Positions 11,785-25,014 of a stretch of 64,000 nt of DNA are shown here, one piece after another; the stretch's first letter is position 1, and each line of letters starts with the position of its first letter. The notes beneath the pieces are model-generated. The model did not search any database, was not told the origin of the DNA, and worked only from the letters and a program-made list of their open reading frames with translations. The DNA is from Sphyrna mokarran (Eukaryota). The stretch spans positions 85,064,001-85,128,000 of the forward strand of contig JAGIQG010000006.1 of assembly GCA_024679065.1 (NCBI GenBank), written 5' to 3'. The position numbers and the translations under genes are program-made.

Positions 11785-13597
11785 GTATGACACTTTTCCA
11801 CTCCAGCATACCCTTCTGCTGCTGTATGATGTAATGAGCAAGCTACTTATGGTCTGACCATGGACCTCTTGTTTCGCATCACAAACCCTCTTCCCTCACA
11901 CCAATCTTTCCTTATGAGTTCCTGCTTTGAGATCCCAACAATTGTTCTTCCCCACCAGTGGAGGTCCAGGAGGCAGCAGGAGGAAACCAACATTGAAATT
12001 CTAATGAACAAACCCTGTCACTTAATCTGACACTTGCAGCCGCCAATTCAAACATGGGAACTGAATGTGCCATGGACATTAGTGTACAGTTGAGGTCAGC
12101 AGCTGATGAGTTATCCAGAGAGGTCTGCAGCTAGGTCAGTGATAAAGAATTGTTCATATGTCTGCTCACAGGTGGACAAAATTGCAGATGAGAACTGCCA
12201 CAGAGGACATAGATGAAAATCTCCATGGAATAGCATCCAGGAGGACATGTGGATGAGGATGCAAGCTGAGATACTGAGTTCATCGATAGACATGCCAGAC
12301 TGCCTCCTGTTACTGTCAAGAAACATGGAGGCGCCTGGCTGCAGTTTAATGGAAGGGTTAATGTTGAGCTTGCCTTCTCCACAGTTTCTGCTCCATATCC
12401 CTGCTGACCTGTAAGCCCAAGATGTACAGCTCCTGCTGCATTTTTATCTGTTGTAGCCTTTGAGCAGACCAGTCATCTATTCCTCTTCTCCAGTCGCAAC
12501 CTATCCCATCCCCTTTAAGGATTCTGATAATTCAAGGAGCTTATTGCAATGCCTCTAAAACCAGGGCAGAGTGTTTCCAGTCGCTGTTCATTCAAAAAAA
12601 AGTCCAACATAATTTACCTGTAAGTAGGTGAATTAAGGACTGGTCATTTAAGAACTGCTAGTGCAGGGTTAGTGTTTGATTTTTTTTCTTCTTTAATGAA
12701 GAGTGAACTCATTGTCTGCACATTCATTGCCCAAATTTGGGTTCCTGGCATCAGATCAGAAAATTGGACTGTATGACATCAGGATAGTGCTACATCAATG
12801 TCTTCTCGTTCACTCACGTGATTCACTGGTATACTACCTTTCCTCAAATTATGCCACACAGAAAATGGCTGACAGTGAAGGTCACACATCAAAAGTAATG
12901 CAAGGCTTGTACTAATGCTGCATGAAGCAACACTTCACTGGACTTGCAATCTTCCAAAGAATAAGTAACTTTTTTTTATCCTACCAAAATTATTCATGTC
13001 ATACTACCCTATACTGAATTAAATTTGCTAATTATCTACTTATTCTCGAAGTCTGTGTATGTTTGGTGCAGTCCTCCACATTATTAGAACCTCCAATATT
13101 TGTTCTTGTACACATGTCATAAATCATATTCTTCATAACTGGGGAATTGTGACATTTGAAATTTAGTGAAATGAGGCACATGTGAGCTGACAGAATAGAA
13201 CATATTGGTGTGGTTCTGAAATAATTTAGTTCTTTGTGTGAAATCTAAGTTGGTAGACAGTTGCCAGGCATACCCAGGAATTCACAGTTCATTCTTTATA
13301 TGAGGAAAATCAAAGTGTCAAGTCACATTTATTTGGATGCTTTAGAGATTTCACATAGATTGAGCAATTTCAAATACAAACTTCGATCAGCTTTCTTTCA
13401 TCTGCCTCATACTTCTAGCCCAAAGCTCAGGACTGCTCCCAATATCTCCTAACAGAAACCTGCGCTTCTTCAGCTGACAGCAGTATGCAAAAACCTATGA
13501 CTGTTCCAACAGACTACCAGTATAAAATCAGCAGGCATTTATTAGATTAGACACAAAGTTGGCCAAGACTCAGGTACACCAGTTCCTGGCCATAACC

Positions 13598-13810
13598 ACA
13601 ACAATTTGATTTATATAGCACTTTTAACATAGAAAAGCTTCAAAGAGGCATAATCAGAAAGATGGGCACAGATCCAAAGAAGAAGATATTAAAAGGGCTG
13701 AATAAAAGCATGGTCATGGAGTTGAATTTCAAGGAAGGGATAAAATAAAGAGACGAGTTACAGGATGCAGAGGCGTTTAGGGAGGCAGTTCCAATATCTG
13801 GAGCCTAAAT
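13598..13810 (-). mobile_element. L2 LINE 3' fragment
   Basis: acaacaatttgatttatatagcactttt start and gtttagggaggcagttcca are typical antisense L2 3'-end motifs. Confidence 0.5.
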
Positions 13811-14164
13811 TATGGAATGAATTAACCCAATTGACCAGCATTTTGCCAAACATTAACCTGAATGAAGTAATATGTTATGTAAATGTGTTGTAGCAATTAA
13901 ATATTACAACAAGGCTGTGCTACCAGCTCCCACTGCCTGCATCTCAAGCAGTTTACCTGCAGCTTAAAAGTGAGTTTGCTAACATTAGTTACAAGCAATG
14001 TGAAGACCGAAGCATTAGCAACCAACACCACTCACATGGGTCTCAAGCAACATAATGATATCTTCTACCAAGAGACAGATACAAACATAACAAATGTCAT
14101 GGAAAGGGTGTGAAGTGTGTAAGAGAGAAACAGAAATAGCATAACAAATACTGTAAAAAAAAAG

Positions 14165-15324
14165 TTTGATTTATTATTGTTACATGTATTAGTATATAGT
14201 ATTTTTTGCGCATTATACAGACAAAGCATACCATTCATAGAGGAGGCAAAGAGAGGTGCAGAATGTAATGTTATAGTCATGGCTACGGTGTAGAGAAAAA
14301 TCAACTTAATGTAAGGTAATCAGATTGAAAAGTCTGATGGCAGCAGGGAAGAAACTGTTCTTGAGTCAGTTGATACATGTCCTTAGACTTTTCTATCTCT
14401 TACCCAACAGAAGAAGGTGGAAGAGAGTATATTTGGGGTGCGTGGAGTCTTTAATTATGCTGACTGCCAATGAGTGGGATACTGGTTTGAATGATTGACT
14501 GCACTTCATTCACGACCCTTTATTATTTCTTGCAGTCTTGGACAGAGCAAGAGCCATACCAAGCTGTGATATGACCAGAAAGAATGCTTTCTGATGTTCA
14601 TCTGTAAATGTTGATGAGAGTCATAGCAGACATGCCAAATTCCCTTTGTTTTCTGAGAAGGTGGAAGTATTCGTGGGCTTCCTAAACAATAGCATTGATA
14701 TGGCGAGACAAGGATAGGTTGTTGGTAATTCTAGAAACTTGAAGCTCTTGACATTTCTACTACTTCCCCAATAATGTAGACAAGGACATGTACTCCACTA
14801 TGCTTCCTGAAGTCAATCACTATTTCTTTCTTTTGTTGATATTGAGGAAGAGATTATTGTCATTGCACCAATTCACCAGATTCTCTATCTCTTTCCTGTA
14901 CTCTGTCTGTTACTCATCATTGTTTGAGATCTGACCCACAATGGTGGTGTCATCAGCAAATCTAAAAATTGAGTTGGTGTAGAATTTGGCTGCACATCCA
15001 TGGATGTACACGGAGTATAGTAAGGGGCTGAGGACACAGCCTTGTGGGACACTGATGTTGAGGATGATCGTGGAGGAGGTGTTGTTGCCTTTCCTTACTA
15101 ATTACGTTTTGAGGATTAGGAAGTTCAGGATCCAGTTGCAGAGGGAGGAGCTGAGCACCAGGTGACGAAGTTGGAGATAAGTTTCATAGGAATAATGGTG
15201 TTGAAGGCTGAGCTGTAGTCGATAAATAGGAGCCTTTCCAGAGTTGAGTGCAGGGCAGGGAGACGGAGTCTACTGTAGACAAACTGCATTGGCTGCAAGC
15301 AATCTGGGAGGCTGGAATTGAACA
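14165..15324 (-). mobile_element. Rex1/Babar-like LINE, 5'-truncated, in an FBN2 intron
   Basis: RLLFIDYSSAFNT (ORF 15125-15325) and antisense PQGCVLSPLLYS (aaggggctgaggacacagccttgtgg); tail tttgatttattattgt; homologous to the copies at 30113 and 57222. Confidence 0.8.
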
Positions 15325-15473
15325 TGAATGTTTACAACTGAATTGATGTATAGGGTCAATTTTAACTCTTTACAAGCCTTGAATGAGTTAAGATTTCATC
15401 CACGATGGCAGTTCTGATTTTAAATTCCACACATCGTATCAAATTCTAATCTCTCTCTTAATTTACTCCATAG

Positions 15474-15645
15474 CCATTGTGTGTCTGGCATGGGATTTAA
15501 TAAAGGCCAATATCTGCCTTTTGGTGGAGATCCTGATGATGAAAATCTTTTGTCACATGAAACATGCTATGAATGTAAGATCAATGGCCACTCCAAGAAT
15601 GGTGGCAGAAAGAGAAGAAGTGTCAATAGTACTGCATCGGATCAG
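15474..15645 (+). CDS. FBN2: Fibrillin-2 penultimate exon with furin cleavage site
   Basis: Acceptor tttactccatag and donor GATCAG|gtaact; 172 nt, phase 2 to 0; HCVSGMGFNKGQYLPFGGDPDDENLLSHETCYECKINGHSKNGGRKRRSVNSTASDQ. HCVSGMGFNKGQYL is FBN2-type; RKRR lies at 15607-15618. Confidence 0.95.
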
Positions 15646-15950
15646 GTAACTGTCTCTTTTGTAAATAAACTGAACAGCAACAGGTTTTCTTTGTATGAAA
15701 TAAATTGGACCAGAACTAAGGATTTAGAGATTCTAAGTTATATAGTCAAAAATATTAAGTCTTCACTTCATGGAAATGAAAAATGTACACTTGTATATCC
15801 ATCAAATAAAGAATTTTATGTTCGGAAGTATTTAAATATTGACTGCCTTTGCAGCCTAATTTGAAGTTTCCCAATGACAGGAATGAAACATGTTAATGAT
15901 TTCACAGGTACGCATTACTAATAATCCCTTGCTATTTATTTTGATGCTAG

Positions 15951-16325
15951 GATCAACAGGTTAGTTTGGCTAGTCTGGATATAGACAACCCAGTCAAAAT
16001 GAATCTAACTATCTCGGAGCTGAACCACAAGAATCATATTTTGGAATTTGTGCCAGCAATTGAACCACTCAACAATCATGTTCGCTATGTGATCTCCTAC
16101 GGAAATGACAATAACTACTTCCGTATCCACCAAAAGGATGGTTTGAGCTACCTGCACTTGACCAAGAGGAGGCCTCTGGAAGGTACTTACACACTTGAAA
16201 TCACCAGTATTCCTCTCTATAAGAAAAAAACACTGCAGAAACTGGAAGATAAAAAAGACAATGACTACCTCCTCGGTGAGCTGGGAGAAGCACTCAAAAT
16301 GAGACTACAAATCCAGCTTCATTAA
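15951..16325 (+). CDS. FBN2: Fibrillin-2 terminal coding exon (C-terminal propeptide, placensin-like)
   Basis: Acceptor ttttgatgctag; [15 protein letters not shown]...[19 protein letters not shown], stop TAA at 16323-16325; matches the FBN2 C-terminus ([19 protein letters not shown]). Confidence 0.95.
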   Translation, partial: DQQVSLASLDIDNPVKMNLTISELNHKNHILEFVPAIEPLNNHVRYVISYGNDNNYFRIHQKDGLSYLHLTKRRPLEGTYTLEITSIPLYKKKTLQKLEDKKDNDYLLGELGEALKMRLQIQLH

Positions 16326-16903
16326 ACTAGCTGAGACTTGCATTATTTCTATTCAAAATTATTCAATTAATTATCTCCACAAATATGTCTGCTTTCAAAA
16401 AGCTTTCACAAGTCAAGGGCTGTGATTCTACATTATGGACAACATATTTTCGTGTTTTTGCCAAGACTGCGTGACCCTTCTTTCAGTAAATGGGTTTTTC
16501 CACACTGCTATGTTAACAGTATTCCATATAACCTCAGTCATGGTTGCTGTATATTTAATATCACCTCAATCGCCTCAGTCAGTGAGCTCATATTTTACAT
16601 GAGTGTGTGTGTGTGATTTGTAAATGGCTTCTAATTATGTAGACCAATAGCAGTATAATGAGCCATTTCTCTGGATTACAGATAATATTATGTAACTGTT
16701 CATATCATATTAATACCAATATGCAATGCTAAGTCAGACTGTACTGTATACAATAGGGCATTCTCAGAGGAACCATTTCAATCACCACAAATCCTTCCCT
16801 TTCAAGTGGTGCAATATTTGATAACTGGTAACAGAGCTCAGAACAAAATGGGCTATATTTTTTCACCTTCATGTTTAAAGACAATAGTAAATGTGTACTT
16901 TCA

Positions 16904-16930
16904 TGGTGCTTGTACAGAAAACTGGTGCTA
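16904..16930 (+). promoter_or_regulatory. Paired miR-29 seed matches (TGGTGCT 16904-16910, TGGTGCTA 16923-16930)
   Basis: Exact complements of the miR-29 seed (UAGCACCA) in the 3'UTR of an extracellular-matrix gene. Confidence 0.55.
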
Positions 16931-17478
16931 ATGATATTTATTCTGTCAGGGTCAGCGTACTGTACAACTAAAAACTAGATCTCATCAGCAAGTAACTGGC
17001 ATTGGAATCTCTGTTTCAGTACATCATGATTTGTGCAGCATTTTACATTGTTCTATGTTTTCATTTGTATTTCATGTATAAAAGATAATGTGTGCACATT
17101 GAATGCCTGCTAGTTGCTAACTCGAAGATTGTAATGTCTTCTTTTTATATACTGTACAAATGTGTTCTATATCAGGGGAATATTGGTCAGCAATTGGTTC
17201 TTGTGAAAAATACATGAAAACAAATCTCAGTTTGTAAAAGTTAGTACCTCCCTGTTTGTAACAACAAGGAAATGAGCCTAATTTTAGTACATATCTGTTT
17301 TGTCTAAAGATGCATTTACATTGAAGATTTCTTAGCACAAAATGGCATTTTATTTAGAAGGGAGAAGAAAGATTTGTATAAAATTCTAAAAAAAAAAATA
17401 CTGAAAAGGAACATTTTGTTACTGGGGTGCTTTATTCTGTAGATTTGAGAGTATCAGTATGCCAACAACTTTTCTTAC

Positions 17479-17484
17479 AATAAA
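17479..17484 (+). terminator. Candidate polyadenylation signal of FBN2
   Basis: AATAAA about 1.15 kb after the stop codon, followed by T/GT-rich sequence; further AATAAA hexamers occur near 17596 and 17787. Confidence 0.55.
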
Positions 17485-19112
17485 GCTTATTATTTTGGGT
17501 TATATAGATTTTAAGTGACTAAATGTGTTACTTGTAAGCACATGTAGGTTTAAACCAGGAGCAATGTATATAATTGCTCACAAAGAGCACAAAATAATAA
17601 ATGTGGCATGTGCAACCAACTGCATTTGTCGAGCTTGTACATGGTCATCCTCGCTATGGAGGGTGATTGGACATTGCCCTTTAAGAATATTGTGTCCTCA
17701 CCAATCAGCTCTTTCAACCCCCTTCCTGTGGTTTAGAAAGCCCTGTTCTGGCATGCACTTATAGTTCTTTTTTTCTCTTTATTGGCAATAAAACTCTCCT
17801 GTCTCCCACTCAAAAAAAATGTTGGCAGTCTTTGACAACCAGGTTTCTGTTTGTAAAGAAAATGATTCAAATCTTTCCCTAAAATCCCATGGTTATATAG
17901 CGGAAGTACTCAAAATCTTACACATCATTCTTGTTTCTTTTATGTGGTTTGGTTTGTAGAGTTTTCACACAGCTTTCACTAGTGCCCTGTTCAATTGAGG
18001 CCCACTGTGCCCTGCAGCAGTAAGGTTAACTCATTTTGACTTCTACCACATGGTCGTTGGCTAATGCAAGCTCGTACTTTTCAAATTTGCTCTGCACAGC
18101 TACAAAATCATCTGTCTACCTTATCTTCCACCATCATCAGACTGTCCTAAAGCAAAAAACTTGCTCAAGTTTCAATACAAAGTTAGGCAAACATTCAATT
18201 TGTAGTAAGGTGATCCTGGTTACATGAGTGACAAAAGCTTTGATTCAGCTCAGTGTTCAGTGAACATGGGACAGCTTGTTAAAAAGCACTTGCAAGGCAG
18301 ACAGAAAAACAATGCTTGCTTGATGATGTCAACCAGAACTATCAGTCAAGTTTAATTTCACATCACCATGTGCAACTAAAGGAAAACACATGAGTCTGAA
18401 TTTCACAGATAATCTCCTCCTATATCAATCAAAAATTGTTCTAAGGTATGGATCCAATTGCTGTCCTGATATCAGCTAACAGTTGTCCAGTTTCTTGTAG
18501 ACATGCAGATAATTGAATCTTAAAGGGTGGTGCTAATCCAACTTCAACAATTTAATGGAATGTGGCCTAAGCCAAAGAATTTGCTGACAATACTTTATTT
18601 GTAAAAGGGGAAAGTAAATTGTTAATTATGGATGTATCTGTTGAGGGAAATGTTACTAAAATTTGTCCAAACACGGCCAGTTTAATGAAACTAGCTTTGT
18701 ATGTCCCCAGAATTTTTTGTCAGAACTCATTCACTGCAGTATGGTTAAAAGTCTCAATTAGGTTTCAGATTACTAAAGTAAGGGGCCTTAGTTTCTGTCA
18801 CATTGCACAGACAAATGGATGTTTTCCAGAAAGACAAATAGATTTCATCTTCTTGAAGCAAAAAGGAGAACAAAAAAGAAGCATAGAGGAAAATGACTTC
18901 AACTCCGGAGGTTTCACTACCATTAATGCAGTGTAATGTAGCAAAGTAAGACTGAAACTCTAGTGAACTAACAAGGGTTATTAACAGAATAACTATACAC
19001 ACTACAGAGAAAACAAAAAGATCTAAAACCTTACAGGCCCAAAACTCCCAATTCCTGGAACAAAGTATGGGGGTCTCCTAATTGCACCAGTAGGTTACAT
19101 GACCCTTTCAGG

Positions 19113-19543
19113 GAACAAAAAACAAAGAACAAAACAGCATGGGAAACAGGCCCTTTGGCCCATCGAGCCCGCACTGCCACCCCAATGTTCCCACCTCTAC
19201 CTGTGATCCCTGTCAATGTTTATAGATCTATGAATTAAAAACCAAATTTGAGACAATTTAGGGAGAATTTGTTTTGCCAATTAGCCTAAGAGCACATCTT
19301 TGGGATGTGGGAGGAAACCGGAGCACCCGGAGAAAACCCACGCAAGCACGGGGAGAATGCGCAAACTCCCACAGACACAGGCCCAAATCCATGTATCTGC
19401 ACAGCACAGCGATAGTCACTGAGCTGTCGTGTTGCCCATCAAATGATCAGGTCAAGCATACACTAACGACATGAAGCATTAGGATACTTCCGAAAAAAAA
19501 TCCAAGGACAGCCCTCTCACGACGCATAGCGTGTATGCCCCTT
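19113..19543 (-). mobile_element. Composite retroposon: CR1-type tail, V-SINE core and an atypical 5' extension
   Basis: Colinear homology with 34457-34873, including the non-SINE segment ggcccaaatccatgtatctgcacagc...catacactaacgac.tgaagca.tagg. Confidence 0.75.
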
Positions 19544-19664
19544 AAGGAAATGCCCCTTAAAGAGCTAATACACCACATATAGTGACTAAGATAATAACTC
19601 AATATCTAGCACAATGAGGTCTTCTTTGCAATTGGAAGTCCCCTCCAGTGACACTATCGTCAAT

Positions 19665-19800
19665 TTAGTAAAAGTTGCCATTGTCCCAGATGACTATAGA
19701 GAATTGACTTGAGGATCACCATACATCTCAAGCAAGGTGTAAGGTTGAGAATAACTTCAGCCAATATAGGAACTGAATCTGCGCTGTTGGCATCACTCAC
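19665..19800 (-). mobile_element. Short tRNA-derived SINE family 3 (decayed)
   Basis: Antisense homology to 52430-52653 (aaggttgagaa; cccagatgactatag). Confidence 0.5.
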
Positions 19801-20250
19801 CAGTTGTTTGCATTGTCATGTTTTCATGCAGTTCCAATCAATTTGTGAACAATGATAAAACAAATCTGAAACATTTTTTCCATAAAGTCATTGTAACATC
19901 CAGGCTACTTAATCTCTCATTTCTATCAGGCTTTCTATTCATACAACCACCCACAGGCTTTCTGATCAACATTCAAGGACAGATTAAACAAAAGGCTTCT
20001 ATTCATGGGAAGAATCTATTTCCTCCAGCAAAGACATCAAAATGCATTGATTGTGCAAAGAAAACAGTCCTTTTTTTTAACCAAAGCAATACTATACTTA
20101 TTTAGTGAAACTGCTTGTGTAGTATGCACACAAACTGTCCAACTAAGTTGACTACTTAAGTTTTAGCTATAGAAAAGAATCAGGTTGAAGAATTATGTAA
20201 ATTACTTCAGCAGTTTTAAATAGAAACCTCAGACAAAGGCACTAAAGGTC

Positions 20251-23200
20251 TTAGAAACATAGAATAGTATAGCACAGTACAGATCCTTAAGCCATCAATG
20301 TTGTGCCAAGGTATAGTCAAACTAAGATTAAGCTATCCCACTCCTTACCATTCTGACGTATTCTATGTGCCTATCCAATAACTGCTTGAAAATTCTTAAC
20401 ATGTCAGACTCTATCACAGCAGGCAGTGTATTCCACACCCCTACCACTCGCACATCCCTCCTATTATCTCCTACCATGAACCTTATAGTTATGCCCTTAG
20501 TAACAGCTACATCCACCCGAGGAAATAGTCTCTGAATATCCACTCTATCTATCCCCCTCATCACCTTATAAACCTCTATGACGTCATCTCTCATCCCCCT
20601 CTGCTCTAAAGGGAAAAGCACCAGCTCTTCAACCTTCCCTGCTAAGATCTGCCCTCTAAACCAGGCAGCATACTGGTAAATCTCCTCTGCACTCTCTCCA
20701 ATGCTTTCACATCCTTATAATGAGGTGACCAGAACTGCACACAATATTCCAAATGTGGTCTCACCAACATCCGGTATAGTTGCAGCATAACCCCACGGCT
20801 CTTAAACTCAAACCCCTGTTAATAAATGCTAACACACTATAAGCCTTCTTCATGGCTCTACCTACTTGAGTGACAAAATTCAGAGATGTGTGGATATGAA
20901 CCCCAAGATCTCTCTGTTCCTCCACATTCCTCAGAACCTTGCTGTTTACCTGCGCTCATGTTTGCTCTACCAAAATGAATCATCTCACACTTATCAGGGT
21001 TAAATGCCATTTTACCATTTTTCAGTCCAGTTTTGTACCCTATCAATGTCTCTTTGCAGCCTGCAAGAGCCCTCCACCTTATCCACTAGACTGCTCCACT
21101 AGTCTTGCTGTCATTAGCAAATTTATAAGCCCCTTCTTCCAAGTCATTAATAAAAATCATGAATAGCAGCAGACCCAGCACTGATCCCTGTGGCACACTA
21201 CTGGTAACTGGTCTCCAATTTCAACATTTTCTTTCCACTTCTACCCTCTGTCTTCTATGACATAGCCAGTTACTTATCCAATTGGCCAAATTTCCTTCTA
21301 TCCCACACCTCCTTACCTTCTTCATGAGCCTACCATGGGAACCTTATCAAATGCCTTACTAAAATCTATGTATACAACATCAATTGCTCGACTTTCGCCT
21401 ACACACTTAGTTACCTCCTCAAAGAATTCAATCAAATTTGTGAGACAGGACTTACTGTTCACAAAACCATGCTGACTACCCCATATTAAACTTTATCTTT
21501 CTAAATAGTCATAAATCCTATCTTTCAGGACACTTTCCATTAACTTACTGAGCACTGAAGTAAGACTAACTGGCCTATACTTACCAGAGTCATTTCTATT
21601 TCTTTTCTTGAAGAAAGGAACAACATTAGCCACAATCCCCATGGACAGTGAGGACCCAAAGATCAAAGCTAAAGGCTCTGCAATTTCATCCCTTATCTCC
21701 CAAAGTATCGTAGGATGTATCCCTTCTGGCCATTGACCCTCAGGTTTTTCAAAGTTGCTAATACGTCCTCCCTCAGAACATCTACCTCCTCCATCCCATC
21801 AGCCTGTATCATGCACTCATCCTCAAAAACGTGGCCCCTTTCCTTGGTGAACACTGAAGAAAACTATTCATCAACACGTCATCTATCTATTTTGATTCCA
21901 TGTACAAGTTCCTACTACTATCTTTGACTGACCCTAATCTCGTCCTGGTCATTCTTTTATTTCTCATAAAAGTAAAAAGTCTTGCAGTTTTCCTTTATCC
22001 AACCCACCAAGGACTTCTCATGCCTCCGCCTAGTTCTCCTAAGCTCTTCCTTTAACTCATTCCTAGCTACTTTGTAACCCTCAAGTGACCCTTGAACTGA
22101 ACCTTGTTTTTTCACCCTTACCCTTCTTTTTGCCTCTTGACAAGATAATCAACCTCCTTTATGAACCATGGTTCCCTCGCTTGGCCATTTCCTCACTGGC
22201 TGCCAGGGACATACCTAATAAGGACATGCAGTATTTGTTCTTTGAAACAGCTCCACTTTTTGTACCCATACCTGAATAGTTTCTCTTCCATTTTATGTTC
22301 CCTAATTCTTGCCTAATTGCATCATACTTACCCCTGCCCCAATTATAAACCTTGCCCTGCCGTGTGCCCCATTCCTCTCTATTGCAATAATGAAAGATAC
22401 CAAATTATGGTCACTATCTCCAAAGTGCTCTCCCACAATCAAATCTAATACTTGGCCCAATTCATTGCCCAGTACCAAGTCCAATGTGGCCCCACCTCTT
22501 GTCAGCTTATCAATATATTGTGTTAGGAAACCCTCCTGCACACTGTACAAAAAAGTGTCCATCTGAACTATTCATCCTATAAATGTTCCAATCAATATTT
22601 GGGAAGTTGAAGTCACCCATGATAACTGCACTGTGACCTCCACACCTATCCATAATCTGCTTTGCCATTTCCTCCTTTACATCTCTATTACTATTTTGGG
22701 GGCCAATAGAAAACTCCTAACAACGTGACCGATCCTTTTCTATTACTAAATTCAGCCCATATTACCTCAGTAGGCAGATTGCCCTCAAAATGCCTTTCAG
22801 CAGCTGTTGAACTATCCTTGATTAACAATGCTATCTCTTTTACCGCCTTCCCTGCTCTTACTGAAACATCAAAACCCCGGAACTGCCAACAACCATTCCT
22901 GTCCTTGTTCTAAACATGTTTCCATAATGGCCACAACATCATAGTCCCAAATACTAATCCACACTCCAATTTCACCTATCTTATTCCTGATGCTCCTTGC
23001 ATTGAAGTAGATACACTTCAACCCATCATCCTGTCTGCTTGTACACTCCTGCAACCTTGATACTTTTCTCAGTACCTCACAATCCTCAACACTGGCTTTT
23101 GGACTACATCTCATTTTCCCATCTCCCTGACAAATTAGTTTAAACTCTCCCCACCCCCTGCTGCCCCTCTGGTTCAGGTGTAAACCATCCTGTTTGTACA

Positions 23201-23330
23201 TGTTCCACCTTCTCCAGAATATGCTCCAATTATCCAAGTACATGAAACCCTCTCTGCTACACTATTCTTGCAGCCACATATTAATCTCCACTCTCTCCCT
23301 GTTCCTCAACTCACTAACACATGGTACTGG
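20251..23330 (-). mobile_element. CR1 LINE, 5'-truncated and degenerate (ORF1 esterase end plus ORF2 endonuclease/RT)
   Basis: DGLHLNQRG (SGNH esterase), YFNARSIRNK, LDLVLGNE..VGEHFGDSDHN, MAFNPDKC, LFPLEQR; tail tagaaacatagaa at 20252. Confidence 0.92.
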
Positions 23331-23399
23331 CACGTCTTGCTCAGAATATTGTTCTATGCCACTTAAGGATGGAAAAGATCTTGTGCTATCCTCTGGAAC

Positions 23400-24130
23400 T
23401 ACAGATAAAATTAACAGAGCTATTGATTTGCTCAATGATGCTCTTCTAATTTGCATCACTGATTATCTCCTATCCCTCATTTGCCCCTAAAGTCTGAGGA
23501 AGATCTGCTATTACAATTGGCCAAGTATCTGGAACCACATGGGCCTCATCAAACGCTTTGATCTTTGGCAAAACCATCCAATATTCCAGAATTATCTTGA
23601 GGGCTGAAATAAACATACGATTCTTTTCTCTACAACCAACTACTTCCTTAAGCAGCTGTTTCTTCACCATCATCTCAAAGACCAATTATAAGAAGTTAAT
23701 GGATTTTTTAAAAATCAAGGATAACTAACAATAGAGTTGCCTCCATTGCATCCACCCCTTCCTTTCGCTCACAAGTCACAACTTTCCCATCCTAAGTCAA
23801 ACCCTACCTCAAACTATGAATGCCTGATTGTTTGCAGCTCCTCCTCCACCTCCATATTTCTCTTTACAGTATTATTCATCAGACCTATCTCTTGCATCAT
23901 CAATTCACTTTCTATGCAAATCTTAACCATTTTGACCTAGAAAGCTGTTGATAATGGTTCCAGACCCTCAGTGGTCATATACCTTCCCTTCAAACACAGC
24001 CATCCTCTACAAAATTACTTAGTTGCCTGATCTCCAACTTCTCATCCCTCTCCAAGGTTCTTGGATATGGCATTTCTTCATGGATCACTTCCCATTTCTC
24101 TTATAATATCCTGCTTGACTCTCTCAAGAT
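23400..24130 (+). mobile_element. Decayed L2 LINE fragment
   Basis: atctccaacttctcatccctctccaaggttcttgga resembles the L2 ISNLPFLSKVLE motif; pyrimidine-rich sense strand. Confidence 0.45.
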
Positions 24131-24923
24131 ATAGCATCTATACAATGAGGGCCATGTTGCCGCAAGACATATGGCAGAGCATAATAACAATTCCACTGCT
24201 TTGGCCATTCTGGAGGATTCCTTAAGTGTTTAGCTTCATGTGTACCAACATCTGTTATTATATTCAGAATGCTGTATACAACCATGACATTATAAGGGGA
24301 GGGGCGGGGGCATTCCTTGCCATCAGGTAGAGGAGGGAGAAGTGGAGAGGTGGAGGGACAGCAACAACAATTATAAGATCATTGCCTGGATTTTCAAAGG
24401 ATTGGGCCGAGTTGAGAAGCCTTTCAAAATTGTAGATGGGACAAGATAATAGGACTTCTATGATAATTTTCACTATTTTGATGTGTCCTTGCACTTATTT
24501 ATTTTCCATCACAACATATGCATCCTGTAAACTGTAACTATGAACCCTGTCCACATGTCTTAATTAAAGGGTGCCCTTTTAAATCACATAAGTGACTGAT
24601 TTTGTCCTGTGGGTAGGTTCACCACCTGGAAGCAATGCCTACCTCTGTCTTCCACAACAAAGGGAAAATCCTGCCCCCCCTCCCCAAAACATATAGTTGC
24701 TGGAAATCTGAAATTAAAAAAAGCAAGTCACTCACCAACTGAAGAGAGAAAAGACAAGTTAATGCATTGAATATGGACTCCTCTATCCAAGAACTTAACC
24801 AGAATCATCAATAAAGATCATCTAGGTTGTCTTCCAATTTCCACAATTTCCATAGGACACTCACTGTTGATAGCTAAATGGCAGGAGTGACACTTGTGGA
24901 ATATTATTTTAGCATTTATGGGT

Positions 24924-25014
24924 GAACATAGAACATAATAAGAACGTAAGAACTAAGAGCAGGAGTAGGCCATCTGGCTCCTCAAGCCTGCTCTGCCATT
25001 CGATAAGATCATAG
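24924..25014 (-). mobile_element. Older CR1 3' tail (left part, split by a younger CR1)
   Basis: gaacatagaacataataagaac..gagcaggagtaggccat..ccattcgataagatcatag; continues at 28336. Confidence 0.8.

Larger units (their letters stand above)
16326..17510 (+). other. FBN2: Probable FBN2 3'UTR
   Basis: AT-rich, free of recognisable repeats, follows the stop codon; contains miRNA seed matches and ends near AATAAA at 17479. The 3' end is inferred. Confidence 0.65.

Noticed and set aside
15646-15864. Extension of ORF 15481-15864 past SDQ
   Set aside because: Read-through into the intron after a canonical donor; fibrillin similarity resumes at 15951.
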